DNA of 64,000 nucleotides, taken from Myxococcales bacterium. GTDB lineage: Bacteria; Myxococcota; Myxococcia; Myxococcales; JAKAPL01. A program made the position numbers and the translations under genes. The number at the start of each line of letters is the position of its first letter. Positions within the stretch are counted from its first letter, which is position 1. The stretch is from positions 170,580 through 234,579 of the forward strand of contig JAJXUD010000001.1 of assembly GCA_021783235.1 (NCBI GenBank), in the 5' to 3' direction. A model generated the notes under the pieces. That model saw nothing but the letters and a program-made list of their open reading frames with translations, ran no database searches and had not been told where the DNA came from. This document shows positions 29,159 to 37,481 of the stretch, one piece after another.

Positions 29159-30085
29159 GTGATCGGGCGCCGGAACGCCTTCGGCGAGCTCGACGTGACC
29201 ATGGACTTCACGGGCTCGCCCGACGTGCGGCCCCTTATCTTGAAACGTGGCGGGACTAAACACTGCGAGCCCACCCAAGTCCTTGGATTCTGTAGGGACG
29301 GTCACCGGCGGGCCTTCGTCTACGCCTGCACGTCCCGCCGCTGCGAGAGCAAGACCTGTACGAGGCATGCGCTCCGCCAGCGGCAGGAGACCCTCCGACC
29401 GCTGATGCGCGAGAGCTTCCCGGGGGCCTGGGGCGTCCTCGTCCTGACCTACGCCCCCGAGCTCCGCCCCCTTCTGCAGGACGCCGGCGTCTTCCGCCGG
29501 GCGCGCCGAGCGGCGATCGCGGTGATGGAGCAGACCATCCTCGAGCATCACGGCCTCGGCCGCGGCTGGCGCCTCGGTATCGCCTCGATGGATCACCCCG
29601 AAGGCGACCGGAACCCGGGCGACTGGAAGCCGCACCATAACCTGCTCTTCCCCTCGGTCGCGTTCCGCGGCGAGGAGCGCCACGACCTCCGCTACTCCTT
29701 TCCGCCAGAGCTTCTTGACCTTCTGCGAGACCGCTGGAAGTGGGTCCAGGAGTTCCTCCTCGGCCGCGCGCTCGGGCGGTCCGCGGACGTCTGGTACCAG
29801 TTCCGCAGGGGCGACCGGAAGAAGGGCCACGCGCTGAAGTACTTCCCCCGGACGTTCCCGGCCTGGCCGGCGCGCGCCCAGCGACTCACCTGGTGCGGCG
29901 CCTTCGGCGCGGCCGTCCTCCATCGCCTCAAGGAAGTGCAGTCGACTGAGGCAGCGCCTCAGGAGGGCCTCTGCTGCCTCGTCTGCAGGGCTCAGCTCGT
30001 CCGCTTCGAGTACCCCGACGGCCCGGTCCCGCACGGCCACCGCTCGCTGACCGGCGTAGGTCCACCGACAGGAGGAGGCCCATGA
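29159..30085 (+). CDS. E2 rolling-circle replication initiator (HUH superfamily, IS91/Rep-like); start uncertain
   Basis: Cys cluster 'CTSRRCESKTC', motif I 'LVLTY', motif II 'WKPHHNLL', motif III 'LKYFPR', C-terminal CxxC. Confidence 0.8.
   Translation: MIGRRNAFGELDVTMDFTGSPDVRPLILKRGGTKHCEPTQVLGFCRDGHRRAFVYACTSRRCESKTCTRHALRQRQETLRPLMRESFPGAWGVLVLTYAPELRPLLQDAGVFRRARRAAIAVMEQTILEHHGLGRGWRLGIASMDHPEGDRNPGDWKPHHNLLFPSVAFRGEERHDLRYSFPPELLDLLRDRWKWVQEFLLGRALGRSADVWYQFRRGDRKKGHALKYFPRTFPAWPARAQRLTWCGAFGAAVLHRLKEVQSTEAAPQEGLCCLVCRAQLVRFEYPDGPVPHGHRSLTGVGPPTGGGP
29234..29245 (+). other. Putative double-strand origin nick site CTTATCTTG^AAA
   Basis: Near match to the pC194-family dso CTTATCTTG^ATA; an AT-rich island inside the rep 5' region. 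Confidence 0.6.
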
Positions 30086-30726
30086 GCTGGGACACGGGAG
30101 GAAACCGTGCGCGCGAACGGGCGGCCGAGGTCACCCACCGCCTCTGGCGCGCGCGCGCGGTCCTGCGCGAGCTCGAGCGCTTTGTCGCTCTAGGGGGCGC
30201 CCGGCCGGGGGAACCGAGCGATTGCCTCGCTGGGCTCGTGTCGGAGCTGGCGGCCGCCGTCGACCGCGGCCCCGGCCTCCTCGACGGACCATCGCCCCAG
30301 CTCGTGCTCCCCCTCCATCGCTGGATCGCCCTCCAGTGTCGCCGCTGCGGCGGCCTGTTCGGCGAGCGCTTCGTGCCGGTGGCGCCCCCGCGCGACTTCG
30401 TCGAGGTCCGCTGTCCGCTCTGTCCCGGCCAGCGAGCGGATGAGGTCCCTCTCTGCGGCCGCGAGATCAGCGGCTCCCGCCACTGCACGGCAATCGCGCC
30501 GTGCCTGTATCACGACCAGGAGGAGGACCATGCCAGACCCGATCGAGCAGCTCCGCGACTGGAAGAGAAAGTTGGGCTTCTGGAGGGACGGGAGGTTCCC
30601 GACGGTGGCCCAACGCGACTTCGTGGCGGGGCGGCTCTGCCGCCAGCTCCTCGGAGACCTCGACCCGATCATCGAGAGCTTGACGCCGCCCGGGCCACCG
30701 ACCCCGAGCGCCCCGACCGAACCTGA
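30082..30726 (+). CDS. E2 Zn-binding protein
   Basis: GGAGG RBS, ATGA overlap with rep; CRRC, CPLC, 'DEVPLCG', 'CTAIAPCLYH'. Confidence 0.7.
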   Translation: MSWDTGGNRARERAAEVTHRLWRARAVLRELERFVALGGARPGEPSDCLAGLVSELAAAVDRGPGLLDGPSPQLVLPLHRWIALQCRRCGGLFGERFVPVAPPRDFVEVRCPLCPGQRADEVPLCGREISGSRHCTAIAPCLYHDQEEDHARPDRAAPRLEEKVGLLEGREVPDGGPTRLRGGAALPPAPRRPRPDHRELDAARATDPERPDRT

Positions 30727-30856
30727 CATGCTCAATTTCGCGCTCGACCATCTTTTCTCAGCGCTGCACGACCTCTCGGAGGGCCGCCCAGAGTTCGCCC
30801 GTCCGCGCCTGCAGGCCGCCCTTCAACTGCTCCTCGGGACCGAGGTGTTGCCGTGA
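30530..30856 (+). CDS. E2 hypothetical protein
   Basis: AGGAGG RBS before ATG 30530 (MPDPIEQL...). Confidence 0.6.
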   Translation: MPDPIEQLRDWKRKLGFWRDGRFPTVAQRDFVAGRLCRQLLGDLDPIIESLTPPGPPTPSAPTEPDMLNFALDHLFSALHDLSEGRPEFARPRLQAALQLLLGTEVLP

Positions 30857-31047
30857 GGGTCGCCGGCTGTCTTCACGAGGAATTCAACGGGGAAGCTTGC
30901 CCGTGCGCTGGCTCAGGCATTCTTTGCGACAGCGCCGATCTCGGGTGTCTGGGCTGCATCAGGGAGGGACCGCTCCCGTGCGATGGATGCGCGTGCTGCG
31001 CGAGGGACGACGAGGCGGAGCTCGGCGGCGAAGCCGGGGGACCGTGA
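30853..31047 (+). CDS. E2 small Cys-rich protein
   Basis: GTGA coupling; 10 Cys in 64 aa. Confidence 0.5.
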   Translation: MRVAGCLHEEFNGEACPCAGSGILCDSADLGCLGCIREGPLPCDGCACCARDDEAELGGEAGGP

Positions 31048-31316
31048 GCGACCAGCTCGCACTTCCGCTTTTCGGGGCCGCCCCGCGCCGAGAGGCGAAG
31101 GACGGATGCCGAGGATGCGATGCGGAGACGGTGGTCATCGTCGACCCGCACGGCGGCCGGACCGAGTGGTGCCGCGATCTCTGCTCTTCCTGGGCGCGGG
31201 CCGAGTGGCTTCGGTTCTGCCGAGAGACCGGGACGCCGCGCGGCGCGCACCCGGCGTTCGGCCTCACGGCGTCACGGCCGAGCTCGCCGGCGGACCTGAG
31301 CCGAGACGAGCGGTAG
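31044..31316 (+). CDS. E2 small Cys-containing protein
   Basis: GTGA coupling; MSDQLALPLF..., CRGC, CRDLC. Confidence 0.55.
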   Translation: MSDQLALPLFGAAPRREAKDGCRGCDAETVVIVDPHGGRTEWCRDLCSSWARAEWLRFCRETGTPRGAHPAFGLTASRPSSPADLSRDER

Positions 31317-31463
31317 GCCATCCTCGCCGAGCGGGAGCCGCCAGACGCCCCTTGGCCCCGGTCCCTTCCAGCCGGTGATCCGCCTCGAGGCGAGCCAGCG
31401 ATAGATGGTCCGCTCATCTACTTCTACGAGCCGCGCGGCCCGCCCCACCGTCACAAAGACCAT
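31272..31463 (-). CDS. E2 excisionase/MerR-like HTH protein
   Basis: 'VTVGRAARLVEVDERTIYRWL...VWRL'; same position and orientation as the E1 HTH gene. Confidence 0.8.
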   Translation of the reverse strand: MVFVTVGRAARLVEVDERTIYRWLASRRITGWKGPGPRGVWRLPLGEDGLPLVSAQVRRRARP

Positions 31464-31480
31464 GCCCTCGCCCCTTCCGT

Positions 31481-31520
31481 GTCCGATCCTGTCCTATCCT
31501 GCCTAAACCCGTCCAGTATC
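31481..31520. promoter_or_regulatory. Four imperfect 10-bp direct repeats (GTCCGATCCT-like), putative operator
   Basis: Located between the divergent HTH gene and late operon, as in E1. Confidence 0.5.
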
Positions 31521-31552
31521 CACCGTCCGGCCGACGCCAGTAGCCTTGTCGC

Positions 31553-32056
31553 GTGACGTCCGGAGACCAGATCTCGCTGCCCCCCGACCCCGCCGCGCTC
31601 GAAGCGGCCGCCGCGGCGATCGCCGCGAAGCACCAGGAGGCCGACCGTGAGAAAGTAACTCCGCCGCCCGCCGCCGCCCCCCCGGCAGCCGAGCAGCCCT
31701 CCCCCGCAACTGCCTTCTCGCCGGCGGACGACGAGGCGAACCTCGCGGTCACGTTGCCCGCCCTCATCAAGCTCGTCGCGCTGAAGCTCGCCCGCTCCCA
31801 GCCGGAAGGCGCGCGGAGCCTCGCCGCCCAGGCCGCCCGCTCCGCCCAGGCCGTGGCGAAGCAGCTCGCCGTCATGCTGCGCGGCCGCTACTCCGCCCAG
31901 CTCCCGAGCCTCGCCCTCCTCGCCGCCTTCGCGGACCCCTTCATCTCCGACCGGCTCTCCAAGGTCCTCGGCGGCGCGCCCCCGCCGCCGCCCTCCCCTC
32001 TCCGCCAGGTCCCCGCGGACCTCGGGCTCGAGGAAGACCCGGAGCCCTCCCCGTGA
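31553..32056 (+). CDS. E2 first late-operon protein
   Basis: Pro/Ala-rich with hydrophobic helices; coupled to the ATPase gene. Confidence 0.6.
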   Translation: MTSGDQISLPPDPAALEAAAAAIAAKHQEADREKVTPPPAAAPPAAEQPSPATAFSPADDEANLAVTLPALIKLVALKLARSQPEGARSLAAQAARSAQAVAKQLAVMLRGRYSAQLPSLALLAAFADPFISDRLSKVLGGAPPPPPSPLRQVPADLGLEEDPEPSP

Positions 32057-32757
32057 TCCGCGTCCTCGCGCTCGCCCTGAGCCTCGCCATGCCCCGCCCC
32101 TCCGTCTCGTCGTCCGCCGCGCTCGCCTCGATGCCCGAGGGCGGCGCGGCCGCGATCTGTGGCCTGCCGCGCTCGGGCAAGAGCCGCATCGCGAAGGCCG
32201 CCGCCGACCAGCTCCGCCGCGTCGTGGTCTTCGATCCGTATGGCGACCGCGACCGGCTCGAGAGCGCGCACGGCCATGAGCTCTACCCGTGGACCGGGGA
32301 CCTCTGGTCCATCCGCGAGCTCGCCCTCCATCCGGGGGCCCTCCTGCCCGACCCCCTACGCCTCGTCGTCACCCCCCGAGCCCTCGATGAGCACACGCTC
32401 GGGCAGGACTTCGCCTCGCTCGCCGAGCTCTGCTGGCATGCCGGCAACCTCGACCTCGTCGCCGAGGAGGCTTCGCTCTACAGCCGCCAGGCCGCCTCGG
32501 CCGTCCTGCGGCTGACCTCCGGCGGCGGCCACGCCCGCGTGCGCCTCATCCTCATCACGCAGTCCATTGGGATGCTCAGCATCATGGCAGCCCGGCATCT
32601 GACCCACGTCGTCGCGCTGAATCAGAGCGACGCGAGCGATTTCAAAATTCTCGCCGCGCGGTGCGGCAAAGCCTTCACCCGCAAGGTGCAGGCCTGGACG
32701 CCGGGCGACCGGCCGAACATCTGGCGCCTCGGCGCCGAGCGGGAGAAGCCATGCTGA
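32053..32757 (+). CDS. E2 genome-packaging ATPase (FtsK/HerA, A32-like)
   Basis: GLPRSGKS, 'VVVFDPY', 'LVAEE', 'GGGHARVRLILITQ'. Confidence 0.85.
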   Translation: MIRVLALALSLAMPRPSVSSSAALASMPEGGAAAICGLPRSGKSRIAKAAADQLRRVVVFDPYGDRDRLESAHGHELYPWTGDLWSIRELALHPGALLPDPLRLVVTPRALDEHTLGQDFASLAELCWHAGNLDLVAEEASLYSRQAASAVLRLTSGGGHARVRLILITQSIGMLSIMAARHLTHVVALNQSDASDFKILAARCGKAFTRKVQAWTPGDRPNIWRLGAEREKPC

Positions 32758-32906
32758 AGAAGATCTCCGACAACCTCGACGTGCTGGCCATCGGCGGCCT
32801 CCTCGGCATCTTCCTCGCCGACCAGCTCATCATCCCCGCCTTCGGCCGGGTCGCGCGCCTCGTCATCATCGCGAACGCCGCCGGCATCACCCCCCCGCAG
32901 TACTGA
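32751..32906 (+). CDS. E2 51-aa membrane protein
   Basis: GGAG RBS; hydrophobic; between ATPase and capsid genes. Confidence 0.6.
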   Translation: MLKKISDNLDVLAIGGLLGIFLADQLIIPAFGRVARLVIIANAAGITPPQY

Positions 32907-32914
32907 GGATCGCC

Positions 32915-34207
32915 ATGGCCAACCGCTTTCTCGAAACGCTCTCCTTCGCGGGGAGCGGCACCAAGAAGACCCTCAACCCCGGGGACCTCACCATCTCCGA
33001 GGGCGACGTCGCCAAGGGCGTCGAGCTTCGCATCTCGCTGCCCATCAAGAACAACGGCGCGGCCGCGATCCTCGGGACGCTCTCCAAGGCCCTCACCTAC
33101 GCGCTGAAGACGTTCTCCCTCGCCTTCGGCAAGGAGAAGGCACTGACGCTCTGGAGCCAGGAGATCGGGTCCAACCTGCTCCTCGCCCATCGCTGGGCCT
33201 ATGGCACGGTGCCCGCCGTCGCGAGCTCGACCGGCCTCGGCGCGAGCTACTTCGGAGGAACCGGCCTCGCCGCCGGCGGCACGGAGACGCTGACGTTCTG
33301 GGCGCGCATCCCGTTCGAGGCGTGGCGCATGCTCAACCGCAAGCGGCTCGCGGTCGGCTACAGCCAGTTCAAGACGCTCTTCTTCGAGAACCAGACCGGC
33401 CAGCCGACGGACCTGGACGCCTCGGGGAACATCGTCCAGAACGGCAACATGAGCATCGACCTCGTGGCGCCGGTCGACGAGGGGGACGACGTGGTCTCCC
33501 CCGCGATCGCCTGGCGCAAGAACAGCCGCACCGGTCTCTGGGTCGCGCTCTCGAGGGGCCTGCCGCTGATGCTCGCCGAGACGAGCTCGGGGTTCGCGGG
33601 CACGGCGCTCGACCTCGTCAACCTCTTCGTGGGCGACATGCACAACGAGGGGGACCGGGTGAAGTACATCCAGGACTACCATCAGGATACGCTGGCCGGG
33701 ACGAGCGACATCAGCGACACGGTCACGATGCTCCTCGAGCTGATGCCGAACACCGAGTTCCTCCGCCAGCCGAGCGGCCCGATCAAGGTCACGCAGCCGA
33801 CGAGCGAGGAGGCCACGCTGAACATCGCGGGGCTCATCGTCCCCGACATGGACGAGAACATCCGGGCCGGCATCGCCGCCGAGATCGCGCGGCAGACCGA
33901 GGGCAACTTCCACCTCGTCAACAGGGTGGCGGCGCACTCGATCCCGGACGTTCCCGTCCGGTCCCTCGACTACGCGGGCTACCTGCTCGCGCGGCCGGGC
34001 GACCCCACCTACGACGCCTACGACGCCGAGAACTACGGCGCCGACGGCGTCAAGACCGGGCTCTACAAGGCCCCGACCGCGAACGCCGGCAAGGCGGCCG
34101 TCCAGAAGATCTCGAAGCTCAGCTCCATCCCGGGCGTCCTCGGGAAGAGCACGAGCCCCGCGATCCGCAAGGCGATCGTCAGGCCCCCCCACTTCGGCGC
34201 GGTCTAA
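32915..34207 (+). CDS. E2 putative major capsid protein (double-jelly-roll-like)
   Basis: GAGG RBS, strongly biased codons; 'TETLTFWARIPFE...SQFKTLFFE' jelly-roll-like strands; homologous to the E1 capsid candidate. Confidence 0.7.
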   Translation: MANRFLETLSFAGSGTKKTLNPGDLTISEGDVAKGVELRISLPIKNNGAAAILGTLSKALTYALKTFSLAFGKEKALTLWSQEIGSNLLLAHRWAYGTVPAVASSTGLGASYFGGTGLAAGGTETLTFWARIPFEAWRMLNRKRLAVGYSQFKTLFFENQTGQPTDLDASGNIVQNGNMSIDLVAPVDEGDDVVSPAIAWRKNSRTGLWVALSRGLPLMLAETSSGFAGTALDLVNLFVGDMHNEGDRVKYIQDYHQDTLAGTSDISDTVTMLLELMPNTEFLRQPSGPIKVTQPTSEEATLNIAGLIVPDMDENIRAGIAAEIARQTEGNFHLVNRVAAHSIPDVPVRSLDYAGYLLARPGDPTYDAYDAENYGADGVKTGLYKAPTANAGKAAVQKISKLSSIPGVLGKSTSPAIRKAIVRPPHFGAV

Positions 34208-34216
34208 GGAGCCACC

Positions 34217-34444
34217 ATGTCCACCGGAACCGCACTCGCCATCGGAGGGGTCGTCCTTCTGCTCCTCCTCTCGAGCCGCAACCAGTACCCCGCCGGCTAC
34301 CCCGGCGGGATGATGCCCGGCGGCCTCTTCGGCGGCGGGATGGGCGGCCTCGGCGGCCTCTTCGGCGGCGGAGCGACGATCGGAGCGCCGAGCGGCTTCG
34401 GCGGCTACGGCTCCGCCTACGGCACCCCCTACTCGATCCCCTGA
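34217..34444 (+). CDS. E2 small membrane protein with Gly-rich tail
   Basis: AAGGAG RBS, N-terminal TM. Confidence 0.7.
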   Translation: MSTGTALAIGGVVLLLLLSSRNQYPAGYPGGMMPGGLFGGGMGGLGGLFGGGATIGAPSGFGGYGSAYGTPYSIP

Positions 34445-34451
34445 GGCCCCG

Positions 34452-34586
34452 ATGCCGAAGAAGCTCTCCGCCACCACGATGCTCCTCCTCGCCGGGGGCG
34501 CCTGCCTCGCCTACTGGGTGTGGAAGTCCCGGCAGTCCTTGAACGCGACGACGTCCGCGCTCGCCGCCGTGCCCCTCGTCCCGTAG
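34452..34586 (+). CDS. E2 44-aa membrane protein
   Basis: GAGG RBS; MPKKLSATTMLLLAGGACLAYWVWK (below the ORF-track size cutoff). Confidence 0.6.
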   Translation: MPKKLSATTMLLLAGGACLAYWVWKSRQSLNATTSALAAVPLVP

Positions 34587-34597
34587 GAGCAGCCGCC

Positions 34598-34771
34598 ATG
34601 TCCGACACGATGATCCTCGGCGTGCTGGCGATCTTCGGGCTGATCGTCTTCTCGCAGATGGAGAACAGCGCGAGGAGCGCCCAGACCATCGGGAACAGCC
34701 AGGCGCTCGCGTTCCAGAGCGGGCAGTCCTCCCAGGGGCTCATGGGGCTGCTCTCCGGGGTCGGGCTGTAA
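34598..34771 (+). CDS. E2 57-aa membrane protein
   Basis: AGGAG RBS; MSDTMILGVLAIFGLIVF. Confidence 0.6.
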   Translation: MSDTMILGVLAIFGLIVFSQMENSARSAQTIGNSQALAFQSGQSSQGLMGLLSGVGL

Positions 34772-35844
34772 TGATCCGCCTCGTGGGCGCATCGGCCGGC
34801 GTCGCCGCCGACCTCTCGCGGCTCGATCCGACGGGCCAGGCGGGGCCGTCCGGGGCGGCGGGAAGTTCGGCCCCGACCGACGCGAGCGGCGCGCCCTTGC
34901 CCTCGCCGCCGCCAGGCTTCCACTGGGCGGTCTCGGTCGGTGAGGGCATCACCGCCCTCGTCTGGGACGCGCCGAAGGCCTCCCAGGCGTCGGCGCCGAC
35001 CCAGGCCGCGCCCGCGGGCTACGCCTGGACCAAGATCACGGTGCCTGGGGGCGCCTTCTTCGCCGCGCTGACCCCCGCCGATGCGAGCATGATCGGCCGC
35101 GTCGACTCGGCGTTCGCGGCGGGCTACCTCGTCGGGCCGCCGTGGCTGGCCGGGAACGCCGCTCGAGCGGCCTCGACCTCGACGGTCAATGCCTCGCTCC
35201 TCCAGGGCCGACAGCAGCACGCCGCCGCCGCCGCCGCCGATGCCGCCGCGGCCGCAGAGGCCGCGCACGCGAAGGGGCTCACCGATGCGCTCACGGCGGT
35301 CACCGGAGCCGCCCTCGCGGCCTACTCGTCGGCTCAGGCCGCGCTCGCGAGCTCGACCGGGGGCGTGACCCCCGGGGCAACCTCGACCGTCGCCCCCCAG
35401 CAGATCGCGCTCGACCAGTCCGCCATCCAGGCAATCGCCCAGGCCGCCGCGGCAGCTCAGGCCATCGGTCCGGCTCTCACCGCGGCCAAGGCCGAGCGGC
35501 AATCCCTGCAAGCTGCCGCACAAGCAGCCGGCACGGCGGAGTTCGGCTACCCGGACTCGAGTCGCCCGGGGTACGCCTCCGCCGTCGCCGCCCTGAAGGC
35601 GCTCGATGCCGCGCTCGTCGACGGGAAGGCTGCACAGTCGACGGTCGCGAGCTGGGCCAAGCAGCAGTCGGCCAACGTCAACTCCGACCTCTCGTTCCAG
35701 CAACAACAGGCCGGCGGGGGGCAGAGTGGCTCCTCGAGCCTCCCCTGGCTCTGGATCGCCGCCGGGGCGGCGCTCGTCGGCTATCTCCTCTGGCGGCAGA
35801 GCAAGAAGAAGAAGGCCGAGCCCAAGCCGGAGCCGTCCAAGTGA
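34771..35844 (+). CDS. E2 Ala-rich coiled-coil protein with C-terminal TM anchor (DNA delivery/pilot-like?)
   Basis: 357 aa; ends 'LPWLWIAAGAALVGYLLWRQSKKKK'. Confidence 0.65.
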   Translation: MIRLVGASAGVAADLSRLDPTGQAGPSGAAGSSAPTDASGAPLPSPPPGFHWAVSVGEGITALVWDAPKASQASAPTQAAPAGYAWTKITVPGGAFFAALTPADASMIGRVDSAFAAGYLVGPPWLAGNAARAASTSTVNASLLQGRQQHAAAAAADAAAAAEAAHAKGLTDALTAVTGAALAAYSSAQAALASSTGGVTPGATSTVAPQQIALDQSAIQAIAQAAAAAQAIGPALTAAKAERQSLQAAAQAAGTAEFGYPDSSRPGYASAVAALKALDAALVDGKAAQSTVASWAKQQSANVNSDLSFQQQQAGGGQSGSSSLPWLWIAAGAALVGYLLWRQSKKKKAEPKPEPSK

Positions 35845-36710
35845 GCGGCCCCGCTCGAGCGAAGCTCCCCCGGACCACTCGCAACGTCGAGCTGAAGGTC
35901 GGCTCCGACATCGCGGGTAGCGCCTGGGGCGTCTCGCTGTCCTGGCCGAAGTTCTACGACGCGCCGAACCTCCTCAGTCCGCCCCTCGAGGTGCTCTGCT
36001 ACCTCGACGGGAACGAGACGGACCTCGTCCTGTTGACGCTCGGCCGCGTCTACTACGGCTGGTTCAACCGCCTGACGGTCGCCGACTTCTCGAAACAGGC
36101 GGCCGACCTGGTCGTGGCCGGGGGGCCCACGCCGATCCTCGTCGACGTCACCGTGCTGCCGGACAAGGAGAGCGCGGTGTGGGACCGCGCGGAATCGCCG
36201 CGCACGCTGACGCAGGTCCAGAGCGGCCAACAGCTCGAGTCGCCCTTCGGTGAGCAGCTCGCGGGCCTCGATGCCACCGGAATAGGGCGGCTCGTCGGGG
36301 CCGATGCAGCGGGGCATGCCCTCACGACGCAACGTCGAGGGGTCAACGTGTTCTTCTCCGACGGTGGCATCTTCACCGTCGGCGGTGCCTATTTTCAGCC
36401 GCTCGGGACTGGAGCGCGCTCGGGCATTGCCTCCGGCGCTGACGTTTATTCTGGAGTGATGGGAGTTACCGCGTTCGTGGGAGGGACGAGCCCCACGCTG
36501 AGCTTCAGCTTCTTTAGCTCCAACGATCTGTGTGACACCGGCTCATATGCAAACACGCCCGGGAATGCTTCCTCCGCCGGAGGCAACGCCATATCCCCGG
36601 CAGGACAGCAGGGCATCCCAATCGATTGGCCATTCGTGAATTTCCAAGGCGACATCGCCGGTTCGCCGACCTCGACGACCGTGACCGGAGTGTATGTTTA
36701 TGGCCACTGA
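35841..36710 (+). CDS. E2 putative spike/receptor-binding protein
   Basis: GTGA coupling; beta-rich; homologous to 22322-23083; lower-GC C-terminus. Confidence 0.6.
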   Translation: MSGPARAKLPRTTRNVELKVGSDIAGSAWGVSLSWPKFYDAPNLLSPPLEVLCYLDGNETDLVLLTLGRVYYGWFNRLTVADFSKQAADLVVAGGPTPILVDVTVLPDKESAVWDRAESPRTLTQVQSGQQLESPFGEQLAGLDATGIGRLVGADAAGHALTTQRRGVNVFFSDGGIFTVGGAYFQPLGTGARSGIASGADVYSGVMGVTAFVGGTSPTLSFSFFSSNDLCDTGSYANTPGNASSAGGNAISPAGQQGIPIDWPFVNFQGDIAGSPTSTTVTGVYVYGH

Positions 36711-37155
36711 TGCAAGAGGCAACCTGCTCATGCTTGGACAGGCCGTGACGCTCCATGCCGATGTCGCGGCCAAGAACGGTCTGCTGACAGGAGTCATCGA
36801 GCACCTCATTCCGTCCGGCTCCGCGATCCCCCGCGGCGGGGGCGCCAGGCTGGGGACCGTCACCGTCCATTGCGGGCCGACCGCCCGGCCTGCCGCCTTG
36901 GAGTATTGCCGAGCGGCTCATCATCCGACTGATGGTTCGCCCGTGCCTGCGCTCAACCCCGTTTCGGTCGACGTCGCGATCGTTCGGCTAGATGCCGCGG
37001 GAGAGGCCGCGCTCGTCGCCTGGGCCGCCGGCCGGCCGGTCCATCCCGATCACGCTCTCGACGATTCCTGCGGCCAGCTCGGCGCGCCTGTCGGCGCTCG
37101 TACCTGCACCTGCCCCGTCCGCGCCTGGCTGCGCGCCGATCTGGTGAACCCGTGA
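36694..37155 (+). CDS. E2 hypothetical protein
   Basis: 153 aa, in operon, no E1 counterpart. Confidence 0.5.
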   Translation: MFMATDARGNLLMLGQAVTLHADVAAKNGLLTGVIEHLIPSGSAIPRGGGARLGTVTVHCGPTARPAALEYCRAAHHPTDGSPVPALNPVSVDVAIVRLDAAGEAALVAWAAGRPVHPDHALDDSCGQLGAPVGARTCTCPVRAWLRADLVNP

Positions 37156-37481
37156 TCTCCGGCCTCGATCCCGTCGACCCGAACGCCGCTGCGAACGGCT
37201 GGTCCTCGGACCCGGTCTCGTCGGCGCTCGACGGAATGAGCCCCGACCCCTCGATGGGCGGAACGCCCTATGGGCAGGAGGGCATGTACGCCCAGGGCGA
37301 CCCGAACCAGTCTCCGCTTTCGAAGATCGACAACAGCCTCTTCGACGGGGGCGGCGGCGGCGGGGGCCTCCCCGGCCTGGGCGGCCTCTTTGGCGTCGGC
37401 GGGATGGGCGGCCTCGGCACCGTCGGAATCATGGTCCTCGTCGGACTGGGCCTCATCCTCGCGATCGAGGTGGCGAAGTAA
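37152..37481 (+). CDS. E2 putative virion membrane protein
   Basis: C-terminal TM; counterpart of 21995-22321. Confidence 0.65.
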   Translation: MISGLDPVDPNAAANGWSSDPVSSALDGMSPDPSMGGTPYGQEGMYAQGDPNQSPLSKIDNSLFDGGGGGGGLPGLGGLFGVGGMGGLGTVGIMVLVGLGLILAIEVAK

